The notes under the pieces are model-generated. The model searched no databases and was not told the DNA's origin. It worked only from the letters and a program-made list of their open reading frames with translations. From assembly GCA_030549845.1 (NCBI GenBank), contig JAUQQN010000002.1, positions 53,307 through 117,306 on the forward strand: a DNA stretch of 64,000 nt, read 5' to 3'. Positions 27,661-38,320 of this stretch are shown one piece after another. A program made the position numbers and the translations under genes. The stretch's first letter is position 1. Every line of letters begins with the position of its first letter. The DNA comes from Patescibacteria group bacterium. Lineage in GTDB: Bacteria > Patescibacteriota > Minisyncoccia > UBA6257 > HR35.

Positions 27661-28281
27661 TTAATGAGGTTTTTTAAAGCACACTAAGTTATAATTTATA
27701 GATTTTGATTCTTTTGAAAGGTATTCTTCAATTTCTGTAATCAAAGTGCCTGTTACAAGAATAGTTTTATTTTTTTTACTAAATTGAATTTTTTCCTCTC
27801 TTAAAACTTGCTCAAGATAATCATTACTTGGAAATATCCTAGCTTCTCCTCCTGGTTTTAAAACTCTTAAAATTTCCATAACAGATCGTCTTATGTTTTC
27901 TTTTGACATTTCTTCATCTTCGGAGGTTAAATATAAAGGCATTCCATATAATGATAACACTAAGTCAAATGAGTTATCTTGAAATGGTAACTGTAAAAAT
28001 GAAGCAGCAATTAATCCTAATTTATCAGAGTTATATAAATAGGGTTGAGCTTCTTTGATTTCTTTTCTTCTTTCCTCTTCCTTTAAAGTAATATCTAATC
28101 CTACAACCTCTGCTTTATCTTCTATTTTTTGAAGAAGCTCTCTTGGAAATCTTTGCAATCTTCCTGATCCCAAGTCTAATATTTTTTTACCTTTTAGTTC
28201 TTCTATATTTAAATCTAGTAGCTCTAAATAATTTTTGAGAGACCGGTCTGTTATCATTATTTTTCTTTCGATTTTTTTCAT
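27661..28281 (-). CDS. Class I SAM-dependent methyltransferase
   Basis: Motif I KILDLGSG. Motif post-II FDLVLSLYG. RVLKPGGEARIF. Confidence 0.75.
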   Translation of the reverse strand: MKKIERKIMITDRSLKNYLELLDLNIEELKGKKILDLGSGRLQRFPRELLQKIEDKAEVVGLDITLKEEERRKEIKEAQPYLYNSDKLGLIAASFLQLPFQDNSFDLVLSLYGMPLYLTSEDEEMSKENIRRSVMEILRVLKPGGEARIFPSNDYLEQVLREEKIQFSKKNKTILVTGTLITEIEEYLSKESKSINYNLVCFKKPH

Positions 28282-28285
28282 AAAC

Positions 28286-29074
28286 TTAAACTAAAAACTT
28301 AATTAGTTTGTTACTCAATAGGGGTAAATATTTCCTTCCTATATTCTCCCCTATTTTAATTTTTTCTTGTGCGTTTAGAAAATCATACCATTTAACTTCA
28401 TATGGCAGATTTACATTTATAACAAAATCCGCGTTTTTAACATTAAATTTAGCAAGGTTATATTCTAATATTTTTAAAGAATAATCTGCTACTTCTAAAA
28501 TATTGTAGTGACCCTTGAGAGAAAAATTATAATTACTTAAATTTACAGCAATCACAAAATCCGCTCCCATTTTTCTTACTACATCAACAGGAACAGGCAA
28601 TGAAATTCCACCATCTACTAGCATTTTATTATTTATTTTCACTGGAGCAAAAATAAAAGGAATTGAAATACTTGCTCTAATAGCAGTAGATAATTTTCCT
28701 TTATCTATTACATAATAATCTCCAGAAGATAAATCAGTTGCAATTGCTCTAAAGGGAATTAAGCAATTTTCTATTTTTTTATCACCTAAATAATACTCTA
28801 AAAAATTTTTTATCTTTTCCCCACTTATTAAGCCAGATTTAAAATCAGGATCAAAAAATAAAGAAAATAAATCTTTCCAATCTGTATCAATAGCTATTTC
28901 TTCAATTTTATCTATAGAAAATCCTGCACAATAAAAACCTCCTATTAATGCGCCTATGCTTGATCCTGCAATAAAATTAATAGGAATTTTATTTTCTATT
29001 AAAACTTTTAGAATACCTATATGAATTAACCCCCTAGCTCCCCCAGCACCTAATGCTAATCCTATTTTTATCAT
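28286..29074 (-). CDS. Patatin-like phospholipase
   Basis: Oxyanion GxGxxG (LGAGGARG), nucleophile elbow AGSSIG, and catalytic-Asp motif DGG. Confidence 0.85.
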   Translation of the reverse strand: MIKIGLALGAGGARGLIHIGILKVLIENKIPINFIAGSSIGALIGGFYCAGFSIDKIEEIAIDTDWKDLFSLFFDPDFKSGLISGEKIKNFLEYYLGDKKIENCLIPFRAIATDLSSGDYYVIDKGKLSTAIRASISIPFIFAPVKINNKMLVDGGISLPVPVDVVRKMGADFVIAVNLSNYNFSLKGHYNILEVADYSLKILEYNLAKFNVKNADFVINVNLPYEVKWYDFLNAQEKIKIGENIGRKYLPLLSNKLIKFLV

Positions 29075-29093
29075 ACCTTCATTGATTTATTTG

Positions 29094-29801
29094 CTATTGA
29101 GATTGTTTTTGAGATTGTTGTTGAATTTGTTGTTTAATTTGCTCAATAATCTGAGAAAGGTCTACACCAAAAGATTCTTTTATCTTGGTTTTTAAATTTT
29201 CTAATGTTTTCTCAATATTCTCGAATTTCCTCTCCATAATTGCTTGAGTTTTTCTTTCTAAAACAACAATTTTTTTAGCTAAAAATTGAGAACCGTTCCA
29301 AATGCCAAAAATTTTAACTCTTTCTCCAATTTTTATATCAGTAGTATTTATAAGTTGCGGATTAACTTGAGCCAATAATCTTAAATTTATACTTGATATT
29401 ACCTTTGTATCAGTTCCTATATGCCAATCAATCTTAAAACCTTGTGAGTTAATAGTTAATATATTATTCTCATTTCTATCTACAATACCTTGCTGAACCG
29501 TAAAACCAACTGGGTTTAAAAAGAAGAACTCAGCTTTTATTCTATTTGTTATTTTTTCTCTTACAAAATCATCGAGGTCTTTAAACTCCCCAAGTTGCTG
29601 TTTGTTTAAAGGAGGAGTTTTAATTTCAATTTTATTAGGATTTATCTTAACAAATGGAGCTTTTTCTTTAAATAATTCAATTTTAGGAGCTGGAACTATT
29701 ACTGGAGTAGAAGTAACAACAGGATTTATCTCTTCAGCTTTTGCAATTAAACCAAACAAAAAAAGAAAACCTACTATCCCTCCAATTAAAATTTTTCTCA
29801 T
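29094..29801 (-). CDS. Secreted hypothetical protein with a Q-rich C-terminus
   Basis: Signal peptide and a coiled/Q-rich tail (QQIQQQSQKQSQ); no catalytic motif. Confidence 0.4.
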   Translation of the reverse strand: MRKILIGGIVGFLFLFGLIAKAEEINPVVTSTPVIVPAPKIELFKEKAPFVKINPNKIEIKTPPLNKQQLGEFKDLDDFVREKITNRIKAEFFFLNPVGFTVQQGIVDRNENNILTINSQGFKIDWHIGTDTKVISSINLRLLAQVNPQLINTTDIKIGERVKIFGIWNGSQFLAKKIVVLERKTQAIMERKFENIEKTLENLKTKIKESFGVDLSQIIEQIKQQIQQQSQKQSQ

Positions 29802-30423
29802 TACTTAAAAATTATATTTAATTCGACTTAACAAGTTAATAACTATTTAATTACTTTGATTTTTTAGGTCTCTTTTTAGAACCACAACTTTTTGCCATTT
29901 TTTGTCTACGATATTTTAAAAATTTAAATCCGACCTTTAAAAATTATAACAAAATTTCAGAAATAAAATAAAAAACAAATTGTATAATAGTTTCTTAGCA
30001 TTTATTATGTTTAAGCAAAAAATAAAATTTTAACAAATTCAGGAATTATTGAAATTTCTCATGCAGAAATTTAAAAAAGAATCATGCAAGGAATTTATAA
30101 AAAGGAGCTAAGCTCAGGATTAAAAAATTATTAATTCCTTCTAAAAACAGTTCTGTTAAAAATCACTATAAAAACTTGCTTCAAAATTTTTATAGCAAAG
30201 AGGCATCAAGATTAAAAAATTATTTATTTCATATAAATTTTTAATGTGACTTATTTGCTTTATGCGTAATTACTATTTGCTCTTATTCTTTTGGTGCTTG
30301 CACATCTTATCTACTCCAAAATTACATCATAAAATTTTCCCAAAAACAATAATTGTAAGACGCAGTTTGATAAAAAAAATTGTAATAGTAAAATTTTTAA
30401 GTAATACTTATGGAACTCGAAAA

Positions 30424-32172
30424 ATGTTTGTAAAAAGAAAATCTAATTTTAAATTTATTATAATTACTCTTCTCATCGTTATTATTGAAATAGTTCTAGG
30501 ATATTATTTTAGGCCAATTTCAGAAAAAATAAGCGGCAGTAAAAATCGAATAAGAATATCTGCTGGAATCGTACCTCATCATTTATTGGCAAAAAATATT
30601 ATAGAAAATTTTTTCCGGTACATTTCTTCAAAAGATGAACCCGAGGTGATTGTTTTGTTAAGTCCTGACCATTTTAAAGTCGGGAGTATTGTGGGAGATT
30701 TTTTTATAACACTAGAACCACAAACTTTAGAATTCTATGGGATGAAAATTGATAGGCCACTTATTAAAAATCTTTATTTTGAAAATAATATTTTTTTTAG
30801 CAATTCAAGCATTAAACTCGACCATGGAATTATAAATTTAATGCCTTTCATAAAAAAATATTTTCCTAACAGTAAAGTTGTGCCGTTTATTATACCTTCT
30901 AGTATTTCTAAAAAAGCAGTAGACCAATTTGTAATCTCTCTAAATCGCTTTGCACCTAAAAAAACAATAGTAATTGCTAGTGTTGATTTTTCTCATTATC
31001 TTCCAGTTCCAGCGGCTAGATTCCATGATGTTAAAAGTATTCGTACTATAATTAATTTCGAAAAAGAAAATTTTGAAAAATTAGATGTGGACTCTTGGCA
31101 AGCTCTTTATATTGCAAGAGCTTTTGCTCATAAAATGAAGATGGAATCACCAAAACTAATCGCTTACGCAAATTCTCATGATATTACCAAAAATTCAATA
31201 AGCAAGGAAGTAACTTCGTATTTCAGTGTTGTCTTTGAAAAAGAAACTCAAAATAAAGAAAGAGCAAACAGATTTGAAGGGAAAACAATTTTATTTGTTG
31301 GAAACATTATTCTAGATAAAAGCATAAAGCATATGACACAAAAAAATAGTGTCTTTTATCCATTCGAAAAAATCAAGCAATTTCTAAAAGGAATTGATCT
31401 TTTAGTAGGAAACCTAGAGGGCGTGATTGTTGAAAACCCAGAAAAATTTGATAACCATTCATTAAAGTATGTTCTTCCTCCAGAAATAGTTAAGGCATTT
31501 TCCCATACGAATTTTAATTTATTTTCATTGTCGAATAAACACGCATTTGATATGGGAGAAACAGGCTTGGAACAAACCAAAAAATTTTTAACCAAAGCAA
31601 ATATCAACTTTGTTGGTCATCCGAATGAATGTAATAAAAATTCAAAGTTTGAAAAAAATGAAATAATAATTCTATCTTTTAAAAAAACTTCCTTCTCCAA
31701 TTGTTCTGATAAAGAAATTATAAATCATATAAAAACCGTAAGAGCTCTTAATATAAAAAAATTCATAATAGTTCTTTTACACTGGGATGAAGAATATCAA
31801 TCAAAAAATTTTCTGCTACAACAAAAATTAGCCCATCAAATAATTGATAGTGGAGCAGATTTGATAATCAGTTTTGGGATTCCAATTGTTCAAAAAATAG
31901 AAGAATATAAAAGGAAACTAATTTTCTATTCTTTGGGTAATTTTATTTTTGGTCAACATTTTTCAAAGGAAACTTCACAAACCTTAGCAATAGGTTTAGA
32001 AATTTATTCACAAGAAGTTATTTTTAGACTATTTCCAATTAAAAATCAACTAGGTCAGCCATTTTTGATGGATAGAAAAGAAGCAAATTTATTTCTAGAA
32101 AAATTAGCCGAAAAAAGTTCTAACTCTTTGTCTGACAAAATTAAAAGCGGTATAATAGTAATTAAGAGATGA
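30424..32172 (+). CDS. Fusion protein: N-terminal Memo1-like domain plus C-terminal CapA-like (PGA-synthesis type) metallophosphatase domain
   Basis: N-terminal half: ISAGIVPHHLL...VIVLLSPDHF...DHGIINLMP...IASVDFSHY (Memo-like His cluster). C-terminal half: LSNKHAFDMG (GNHEFD-type), LLHWDEEYQ (HWGxEY-type), GADLIISFGIP, YSLGNF (CapA signature). Single N-terminal TM helix. Start taken at the internal Met of the track ORF. Confidence 0.55.
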   Translation: MFVKRKSNFKFIIITLLIVIIEIVLGYYFRPISEKISGSKNRIRISAGIVPHHLLAKNIIENFFRYISSKDEPEVIVLLSPDHFKVGSIVGDFFITLEPQTLEFYGMKIDRPLIKNLYFENNIFFSNSSIKLDHGIINLMPFIKKYFPNSKVVPFIIPSSISKKAVDQFVISLNRFAPKKTIVIASVDFSHYLPVPAARFHDVKSIRTIINFEKENFEKLDVDSWQALYIARAFAHKMKMESPKLIAYANSHDITKNSISKEVTSYFSVVFEKETQNKERANRFEGKTILFVGNIILDKSIKHMTQKNSVFYPFEKIKQFLKGIDLLVGNLEGVIVENPEKFDNHSLKYVLPPEIVKAFSHTNFNLFSLSNKHAFDMGETGLEQTKKFLTKANINFVGHPNECNKNSKFEKNEIIILSFKKTSFSNCSDKEIINHIKTVRALNIKKFIIVLLHWDEEYQSKNFLLQQKLAHQIIDSGADLIISFGIPIVQKIEEYKRKLIFYSLGNFIFGQHFSKETSQTLAIGLEIYSQEVIFRLFPIKNQLGQPFLMDRKEANLFLEKLAEKSSNSLSDKIKSGIIVIKR

Positions 32173-34742
32173 AAAATTTTCCCCAGCAAATTAATCCATC
32201 CAAAACTATATTATCAATTATTTTAGTAGGATTAGTTATTTTAGGAAGTATTTATGTTAGCATTTTTTATTTTAAAAAAAGATCCCCAAAGCCTCCATTA
32301 ACAAAAATATCACCCATTCAATCCTCTCCTGTTTTTAATGAAGTTTTATTTACAAAAAGATTGATCAAACCCGAGGATATTGCTTTAGAAAAAGTTCAGA
32401 TTATTCCCCAAATCCCTAAATATAATTTACCTCTTAAGACTAAAGACATTGCCAATTATCCAAAATTCTCTCAAAAAATTCGTTTAAGTTCTCGAGCTTT
32501 ATCTCTTTTAGAAAAAAATGGATTTGTAGCAATTACTACGCCAAAAGAGATTGCTAATAAAGAAAGTGTAACTTCAATAGGAGAAAATAGCAAAATAAGC
32601 TATCCAAAAGACGATTTTGCAGCTTTTTATATAGCTTTACAAACATTAGATTTACCGATTTTTATTACTACTGATTCACTTTTACATTTCTACCACATCC
32701 TTTTTAATACTACTTTGATGAAATTAGAAAAAGATCTTTTTTATTCAGATCTTTGGCTAATAAGCAAGGAATTTTTTGATGACGCTCTTTTCCAATATAA
32801 CAAAACCTCTGGAGATTTAAAGGAAGCAGCTAAAAGAAATGTAGCCTATTTTTCAGTCGCTCTAGAATTGCTAAAGCCAAAGCCGCATCAAGTTGCAACA
32901 AAAGAAAATATCCAAAAAGAAATCGAATGCTATCTGCCTTCAGAAACTTGTGAAGAAATTATTTCAAATCAATTAAAAGAAGGAAAACTTTTTAGCTTAT
33001 TTACGCCTGAAGAATTTAAAAAATATTCATTTCAACCACCAGATTTTGTAAAAGATCTGGTTCAAAAGGAAATTCAACTAATTGAAAATCATAAAGGTTG
33101 GGAGAATTCTCCGATTTTCATATACAAAGAAGATTACTCTCAGTACATTCCAAGGGGCCATTATAGCAGATCTGAAAAACTTAAAAATTATTTCAAAGCA
33201 ATGATGTGGTATGGTAGAATGACAACTTTGATTAAAGGATCTCCTAATTTACCAAAGGGGGTATCTAAATGTTCAGAGTATGGAATTATTTCTGAATATG
33301 ATGCTAAAATTCAGACTCTCCAAGCAAGTTTAATCGCTAGTAAATTTTTAAAAAGCCATGATATCCAGAAAAGATGGGAGAGAATCTATAAAATTACTTC
33401 TTTTTTTGTTGGATTTTCTGATGATTTGGGCCCATATGAATATAGTATTGTGTTAAAAAGTTTATTTAAGGGGGAAATTAAACTAGAAAAATTGGAAGAA
33501 AAATATTCAGAAATTAAAAACATTCTCCTTAATCTTCCTTATAATCCAAAAATTTATGGAGGGTTAGGGGCTTGCCAGCTATCTATGCCTTGTCCACCTC
33601 TTTCAGACCAAGAAATTCAAGAATTAAAACTCCAAGAAAAAAAACTTATAGAAGCAACAAAAGGGCTTAGATTAATGGGACAAAGATTCACTATTGATTC
33701 TTGGTTCTTTTCGGAACTTGTTTCTCCTTATTCTGGGATATACATTGGTAATAAAACCACTCGTCCATTCACTCTTGTAAAAACTCAAATTCCTGGTTGC
33801 CAAGAAGGAAGAGAAATAAGAGGCTTTCCTAGGGGGTTAGATATTATGGCCTTACTAGGATCAAAAAGAGCTAAAGAAATTTTGAAAGAATTAGGAGATA
33901 CGGCTTATTCAGATTATGAAAAGAAATTTTCTGAATTAAAGAAAGAATTAGATACTTTACCTCAATATAAATGGTTCGAGAATCTTTATTGGGGATGGCT
34001 TTATGTTTTGAAATCTTTATTAGGTGAATTTGGCGAAGGGTATCAAACCTTTATGCAAACAAAGGCCTGGCAAGATAAGGAACTAAATACTGCTTTGGCT
34101 TCTTGGGCAGAGCTAAGGCATGATACAATTTTGTATACAAAACAAAGTTATACCGGTGCTGAAATGGGTTCTGTAGAAGAACCACCAATCGTTGGTTATG
34201 TTGAGCCAATACCTGAATTTTATGCTCGACTTTTAACTTTAACAAAAATAACAAGTAAGGGCTTGAAAGAATTAATACCAAAAGAAAATTTAGAAAAATT
34301 AAAAATAGAAGAAGTCTTAACGGAATTTTCAAAAATTTTAACGAAATTATTAGAAATCTCAAAAAAAGAATTAGAAAATAAACCATTAAATCAGGAAGAA
34401 TATGATTTCATCCAATATTTTGGAGTAAATTTGGAAAACCTTGTTCGATTGGTTGCACAAGCTGAACCAGATCCTGATATTTTTAAAACAACTTTAATCG
34501 CTGATGTTCACACTGAAAGCAATACTAAAAAAGTTTTGGAAGAAGGAGTAGGGTATATTAAAACTTTAGTAGTAGCTTATAAACTTCCAGACGGTCGAAT
34601 TTTAATTGGAGTTGGGCCTATTTTTAGTTATTATGAATTTAAGCAACCAATGGAAAATAGATTAACTAATGAAACTTGGAGGTTAATGTTGCAAGAAAAT
34701 CCTCCTTCTTCACCAGAATGGACGAGAAGCTTTTCAGAATAA
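32169..34742 (+). CDS. Large (857 aa) membrane-anchored hypothetical protein, possibly DUF3160-like
   Basis: ATGA start/stop overlap with the upstream fusion gene. N-terminal TM. Conserved-looking segments IPRGHYSRSEKLKNYFKAMMWYGR and ELRHDTILYTKQSY. No enzymatic motif recognised. Confidence 0.4.
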   Translation: MKNFPQQINPSKTILSIILVGLVILGSIYVSIFYFKKRSPKPPLTKISPIQSSPVFNEVLFTKRLIKPEDIALEKVQIIPQIPKYNLPLKTKDIANYPKFSQKIRLSSRALSLLEKNGFVAITTPKEIANKESVTSIGENSKISYPKDDFAAFYIALQTLDLPIFITTDSLLHFYHILFNTTLMKLEKDLFYSDLWLISKEFFDDALFQYNKTSGDLKEAAKRNVAYFSVALELLKPKPHQVATKENIQKEIECYLPSETCEEIISNQLKEGKLFSLFTPEEFKKYSFQPPDFVKDLVQKEIQLIENHKGWENSPIFIYKEDYSQYIPRGHYSRSEKLKNYFKAMMWYGRMTTLIKGSPNLPKGVSKCSEYGIISEYDAKIQTLQASLIASKFLKSHDIQKRWERIYKITSFFVGFSDDLGPYEYSIVLKSLFKGEIKLEKLEEKYSEIKNILLNLPYNPKIYGGLGACQLSMPCPPLSDQEIQELKLQEKKLIEATKGLRLMGQRFTIDSWFFSELVSPYSGIYIGNKTTRPFTLVKTQIPGCQEGREIRGFPRGLDIMALLGSKRAKEILKELGDTAYSDYEKKFSELKKELDTLPQYKWFENLYWGWLYVLKSLLGEFGEGYQTFMQTKAWQDKELNTALASWAELRHDTILYTKQSYTGAEMGSVEEPPIVGYVEPIPEFYARLLTLTKITSKGLKELIPKENLEKLKIEEVLTEFSKILTKLLEISKKELENKPLNQEEYDFIQYFGVNLENLVRLVAQAEPDPDIFKTTLIADVHTESNTKKVLEEGVGYIKTLVVAYKLPDGRILIGVGPIFSYYEFKQPMENRLTNETWRLMLQENPPSSPEWTRSFSE

Positions 34743-35110
34743 ATGATAAATAATATTTACGGTTGAAATATTTTAAAAAGCAGACCCAGAAGTTTTAACA
34801 TGTTCATTTGGGATAAATATAAACTTAATTTTTAAAGATTATAAAAGCATAAAAAATTTTAAATTTTGATATGATTAATTCCAGTTTTTATTTCAAAACT
34901 AAGTTTTAAAATATGTAAATATCTTTCGCTCTTATATAAAAATAGAATCTTTATGGCTAAGTAAATATTAAAAAAAATCGCCATTTAATTTCTTCATAGA
35001 GATTATTAATATTTGGAAGCTTAAAGAACTATAGAAAAGTGCAAAAAGCTAGGTATCCTCTATAAACATAAACTTGAAGGATTGATAGATTTAGAGACCT
35101 ATAAAGCTAA

Positions 35111-35464
35111 AAAACTGAAATAGAAAGGGAGATTAGCTCTTTACAGGATTCACTAAAGAGATTGTTTGAAACAGATATTGATTACTTAGATTTAGGTGTT
35201 AATCTTTTAGAACTATGTAAAAAAGCAAGGTTTTTATATGAAAATGCAACTATTGAAGAAAAACGAGAATTAATAAATTTAGCTTTTCAAAAAATTTTGA
35301 TAAAAGATAAAACATTTATTTTCGAATATTCTCCTTGGTTCGCAATTTTACACAAACACTCCGGATTAATTAAAGAAATTTGCGAACTCGAAAAAAGCAA
35401 GAATTTAAAAGAAGAAAATGAAATTTTAGAGAAAGTTTATCCTAAAATGCTCTACCTATATTAA
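35111..35464 (+). pseudogene. C-terminal fragment of a large serine recombinase (integrase); N-terminal catalytic domains missing
   Basis: The in-frame stretch after the stop at 35108 reads KTEIEREISSLQDSLKRLFETDIDYLDLGVNLLELCKKARFLYENATIEEKRELINLAFQKILIKDKTFIFEY, which matches the coiled-coil plus ...FDNSTFDEKR.L...I.KI.L....I.I.W tail of large serine recombinases. No upstream resolvase or recombinase domain ORF exists in 34743-35110. A TTG start was used by the ORF track. Confidence 0.5.
35366..35407 (+). repeat. Direct repeat copy A (42 bp, 1 mismatch vs 39713-39754)
   Basis: ttaattaaagaaatttgcgaactcgaaaaaagcaagaattta inside the recombinase fragment. A second shorter repeat pair lies at 35659-35684 and 39651-39677. 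Confidence 0.8.
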
Positions 35465-35823
35465 TGAACCGCAAATGTTAGATAGAGATAGTATAACACA
35501 GATTTTAAGTTTTGAATCTATCTTTAGTTAAATATTATTTACTCACCACCTTTACTATTATTTTGAAGTACAATCTTAGTTGAGACAAAAGGGGCAACAA
35601 AATATAGTGAAGAAATAATAAAGAAAACAAGAAATTATATAGAAAATTATAGAAAGTCCTTTCAATCTTTCATTAGTTCGTTGGGGATCCAAAAATAAGA
35701 GGGAAACCAAAAATAAAGTTGACAAGACTTTTATAACTATTTTTCACTAAATTATGAAGTATAATAGATTTAAGATAATAGATTTAAGATGGTATTTTTC
35801 TAAAAAAGTACAATAAAAACAGC

Positions 35824-38301
35824 ATGGTTATAAAACAAGGCAAATCTGAACCCAATTTAAAATATATATTAATCATAGTTGTTCTGAGTATTATTGTCGG
35901 GGGAATCGTTATCTGGAACTATTTGATTGTATTGCGGGAAAAAGAACTACAAATAAAAAAACCACAAGAAAAAGAGATTATTAAGTTGGAGGGTAGATTA
36001 TACCGGAAAAAAATCACTTTTGATCTGAAAAATACTGAAACGCTTAAAAATTTTCAAATTTCTTTAAAATTAGATACCTTATCTTTAATAAGGGAAGGAA
36101 AGTTATCTCTTGATTGCGGAAATATTAGGTTTACAGATTCTGATAAGGAAACAGAGATTCCTTATTGGATAAAAGGTAAGTGTGGAGAGAATAATACTGA
36201 AATCTGGTTAAGAGTGCCAGAAATCTTACCTAATTCAAAAAAAACCATTTATGTTTATTACGGCAACGAGGCTAAACCTTCAACTTCAAATTTTGATGAA
36301 GTCTTCAAAACCAATAATTTTTTGTTGGGTTGGTACTATTTTAGTGAGCTAGATAAGCTAAAAGTGACAGATCTTTCTATGAGTAAAAACAACGGAAAAA
36401 TTTTTGGATTAGATTATGAGTTGGTACCATCAAAGATGACATTAGATTGCGAAAATGAGAATGGATGTTTTGTGTTTTTAGATAATTGGGGCAAAGAATG
36501 GGAGTGGACTGATATTCCCGATGCTTATTTTGAAATTCCTTCAGAAAAATTAAATTTTAATAAATTACAAGGATCTATTGAGATGTGGGTTAAACCGAAA
36601 AATGCAAGATCAGGAAAATATCAGAGATTGGTAGTTGATAGTAATTGGGAGATTGAGTTAGGAATTAATCCTAACGGTGATTTATATTTCTATCCAGCAC
36701 AAGCGCCAAAAGATAATTATAACATGATAAATAACCCGTTAAAAAACGATGAGTGGAATCATATAATAGTTACTTGGAATTTTGAAAATAAAGAGGTCAT
36801 TTTCTATATCAATGGAGAAAAAAAGAAAAATGACGTTGAGAATGTTCCAAGATATTGGAAAGAAATGGCAAAAATAGGAAATTTGCAAATTGGAGGAACT
36901 AATTTAGGAATTGAATCTGCATTTGTAGGGTATATAGATGGAGTGAGAATTTATAATAAAGCTTTAGATAGTAAAGAGGCAAAAATGGCTTATAAATATA
37001 ACAGAAGAAACATAAGATATCCAACAATTTCTTTTGGGGCAGAAGAGTTGATTTCGGTAGGGAAATTAAAGGATACGGTTTTTGACTCTTCAATTGTAGA
37101 AAATATCCCTATGACTGATAAAATTAAGATTGGTACTTGTTATGCCACACCACTTCACATAGGGTATAGCTATTATCCTAGCGAGGGAAAATACATCAAT
37201 CCTTCAACCAAAGAAGCTTTCTTTTTGATTCATAGATTAAAAGATGAAGATCTTCCTATTTTTGGTGTACCAAGTCACTTTTTCCCATATGAAGGAGCAT
37301 TTGTTAAATTTGAAGATGCCTTTTTATTATCTTACATAGGATTAGAAATCAATAACCCCAAATTAATTAAAGATTTAAAAATTGAATTTAAGAAAGTAAA
37401 GAGTTATGAACCTGGAATAATTGAGCGTTGGGGGGAACTAATTCCTACTGCCTATGCGTGTGGTCCTTACTATAGTTATAAAACAGTTGGAGATTCGGAA
37501 TTTTCTTTTATAGGAGAAAAAAATGGAATATATTGGTATAAATTGAAAAATCCAATTTTCGTTGACCAAGAAGTTACAATGATGCAACTTTATTACAAAC
37601 CTACTGGCGAAGAAGGAATGCTTTCTATTAGGGTTAACGATATGGTTTTTATTGATAGAAATAAAAAGCTTGTTCGCCCTACTTTTTCTAAAGATTCAAA
37701 AAAACCAATTGAGACAGAAGGAGCGGATTTTTTCTCAGAAATGTATGTTCTTCCTTACTGCCCTCCTGGTGAGAAATATTTTGAGAAATATTTAGCATAT
37801 TTTGCTAAAGAAGAAAAAGGATTTATCATTTTTAAACAAAACCTCGATACACAAAAATTAGAGTTATCTTTTGAAAACCGCGGAAAAGACCAGATTATTA
37901 TTGACCATCAATCTATTTGGAATATTGAAACTCAATTAATAAAATGGAGGGTTAAAGATATCAAAATTCGAGATTTAAATGATAACATTATTTATAAGCT
38001 CTCAATGGATGAAATCAAAAATCAGATATTTGGTAAGAAAATAGACCCAGGTGGAGCAATAAAAATACCTCTTATTTCTCTTAAAGATTTGCAAAAAAAT
38101 ACATTTTATCACATTACTATTGGTACGGGTGAAGAATCGAAACTTGAAGAAGTAACAAATCAAAAAAGAATTATCAAGTGGGTTCTCGGTGATTCACCTT
38201 ACTATTATCCTCGATATCGTTTTAATAATGATCTTTATTTGTACCGTTTAAATGTGGCTCAAGATGGCTCTATCAGTTTCGAAGAAGTAAGGTCGAAATA
38301 A
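35824..38301 (+). CDS. Membrane-anchored DUF2341 plus LamG (concanavalin A-like lectin/glucanase) domain protein
   Basis: N-terminal TM. DUF2341-like LDCGNIRFTDSDKETEIPYWIKG...EIWLRVPEILPNSKKTIYVYYGN. LamG-like GSIEMWVKPKNARSGKYQRLVVDSNWEIELGINPNGDLYFY...WNHIIVTWNF...GYIDGVRIYNKAL. Confidence 0.65.
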   Translation: MVIKQGKSEPNLKYILIIVVLSIIVGGIVIWNYLIVLREKELQIKKPQEKEIIKLEGRLYRKKITFDLKNTETLKNFQISLKLDTLSLIREGKLSLDCGNIRFTDSDKETEIPYWIKGKCGENNTEIWLRVPEILPNSKKTIYVYYGNEAKPSTSNFDEVFKTNNFLLGWYYFSELDKLKVTDLSMSKNNGKIFGLDYELVPSKMTLDCENENGCFVFLDNWGKEWEWTDIPDAYFEIPSEKLNFNKLQGSIEMWVKPKNARSGKYQRLVVDSNWEIELGINPNGDLYFYPAQAPKDNYNMINNPLKNDEWNHIIVTWNFENKEVIFYINGEKKKNDVENVPRYWKEMAKIGNLQIGGTNLGIESAFVGYIDGVRIYNKALDSKEAKMAYKYNRRNIRYPTISFGAEELISVGKLKDTVFDSSIVENIPMTDKIKIGTCYATPLHIGYSYYPSEGKYINPSTKEAFFLIHRLKDEDLPIFGVPSHFFPYEGAFVKFEDAFLLSYIGLEINNPKLIKDLKIEFKKVKSYEPGIIERWGELIPTAYACGPYYSYKTVGDSEFSFIGEKNGIYWYKLKNPIFVDQEVTMMQLYYKPTGEEGMLSIRVNDMVFIDRNKKLVRPTFSKDSKKPIETEGADFFSEMYVLPYCPPGEKYFEKYLAYFAKEEKGFIIFKQNLDTQKLELSFENRGKDQIIIDHQSIWNIETQLIKWRVKDIKIRDLNDNIIYKLSMDEIKNQIFGKKIDPGGAIKIPLISLKDLQKNTFYHITIGTGEESKLEEVTNQKRIIKWVLGDSPYYYPRYRFNNDLYLYRLNVAQDGSISFEEVRSK

Positions 38302-38320
38302 ATCATAGAATATAGAATTA

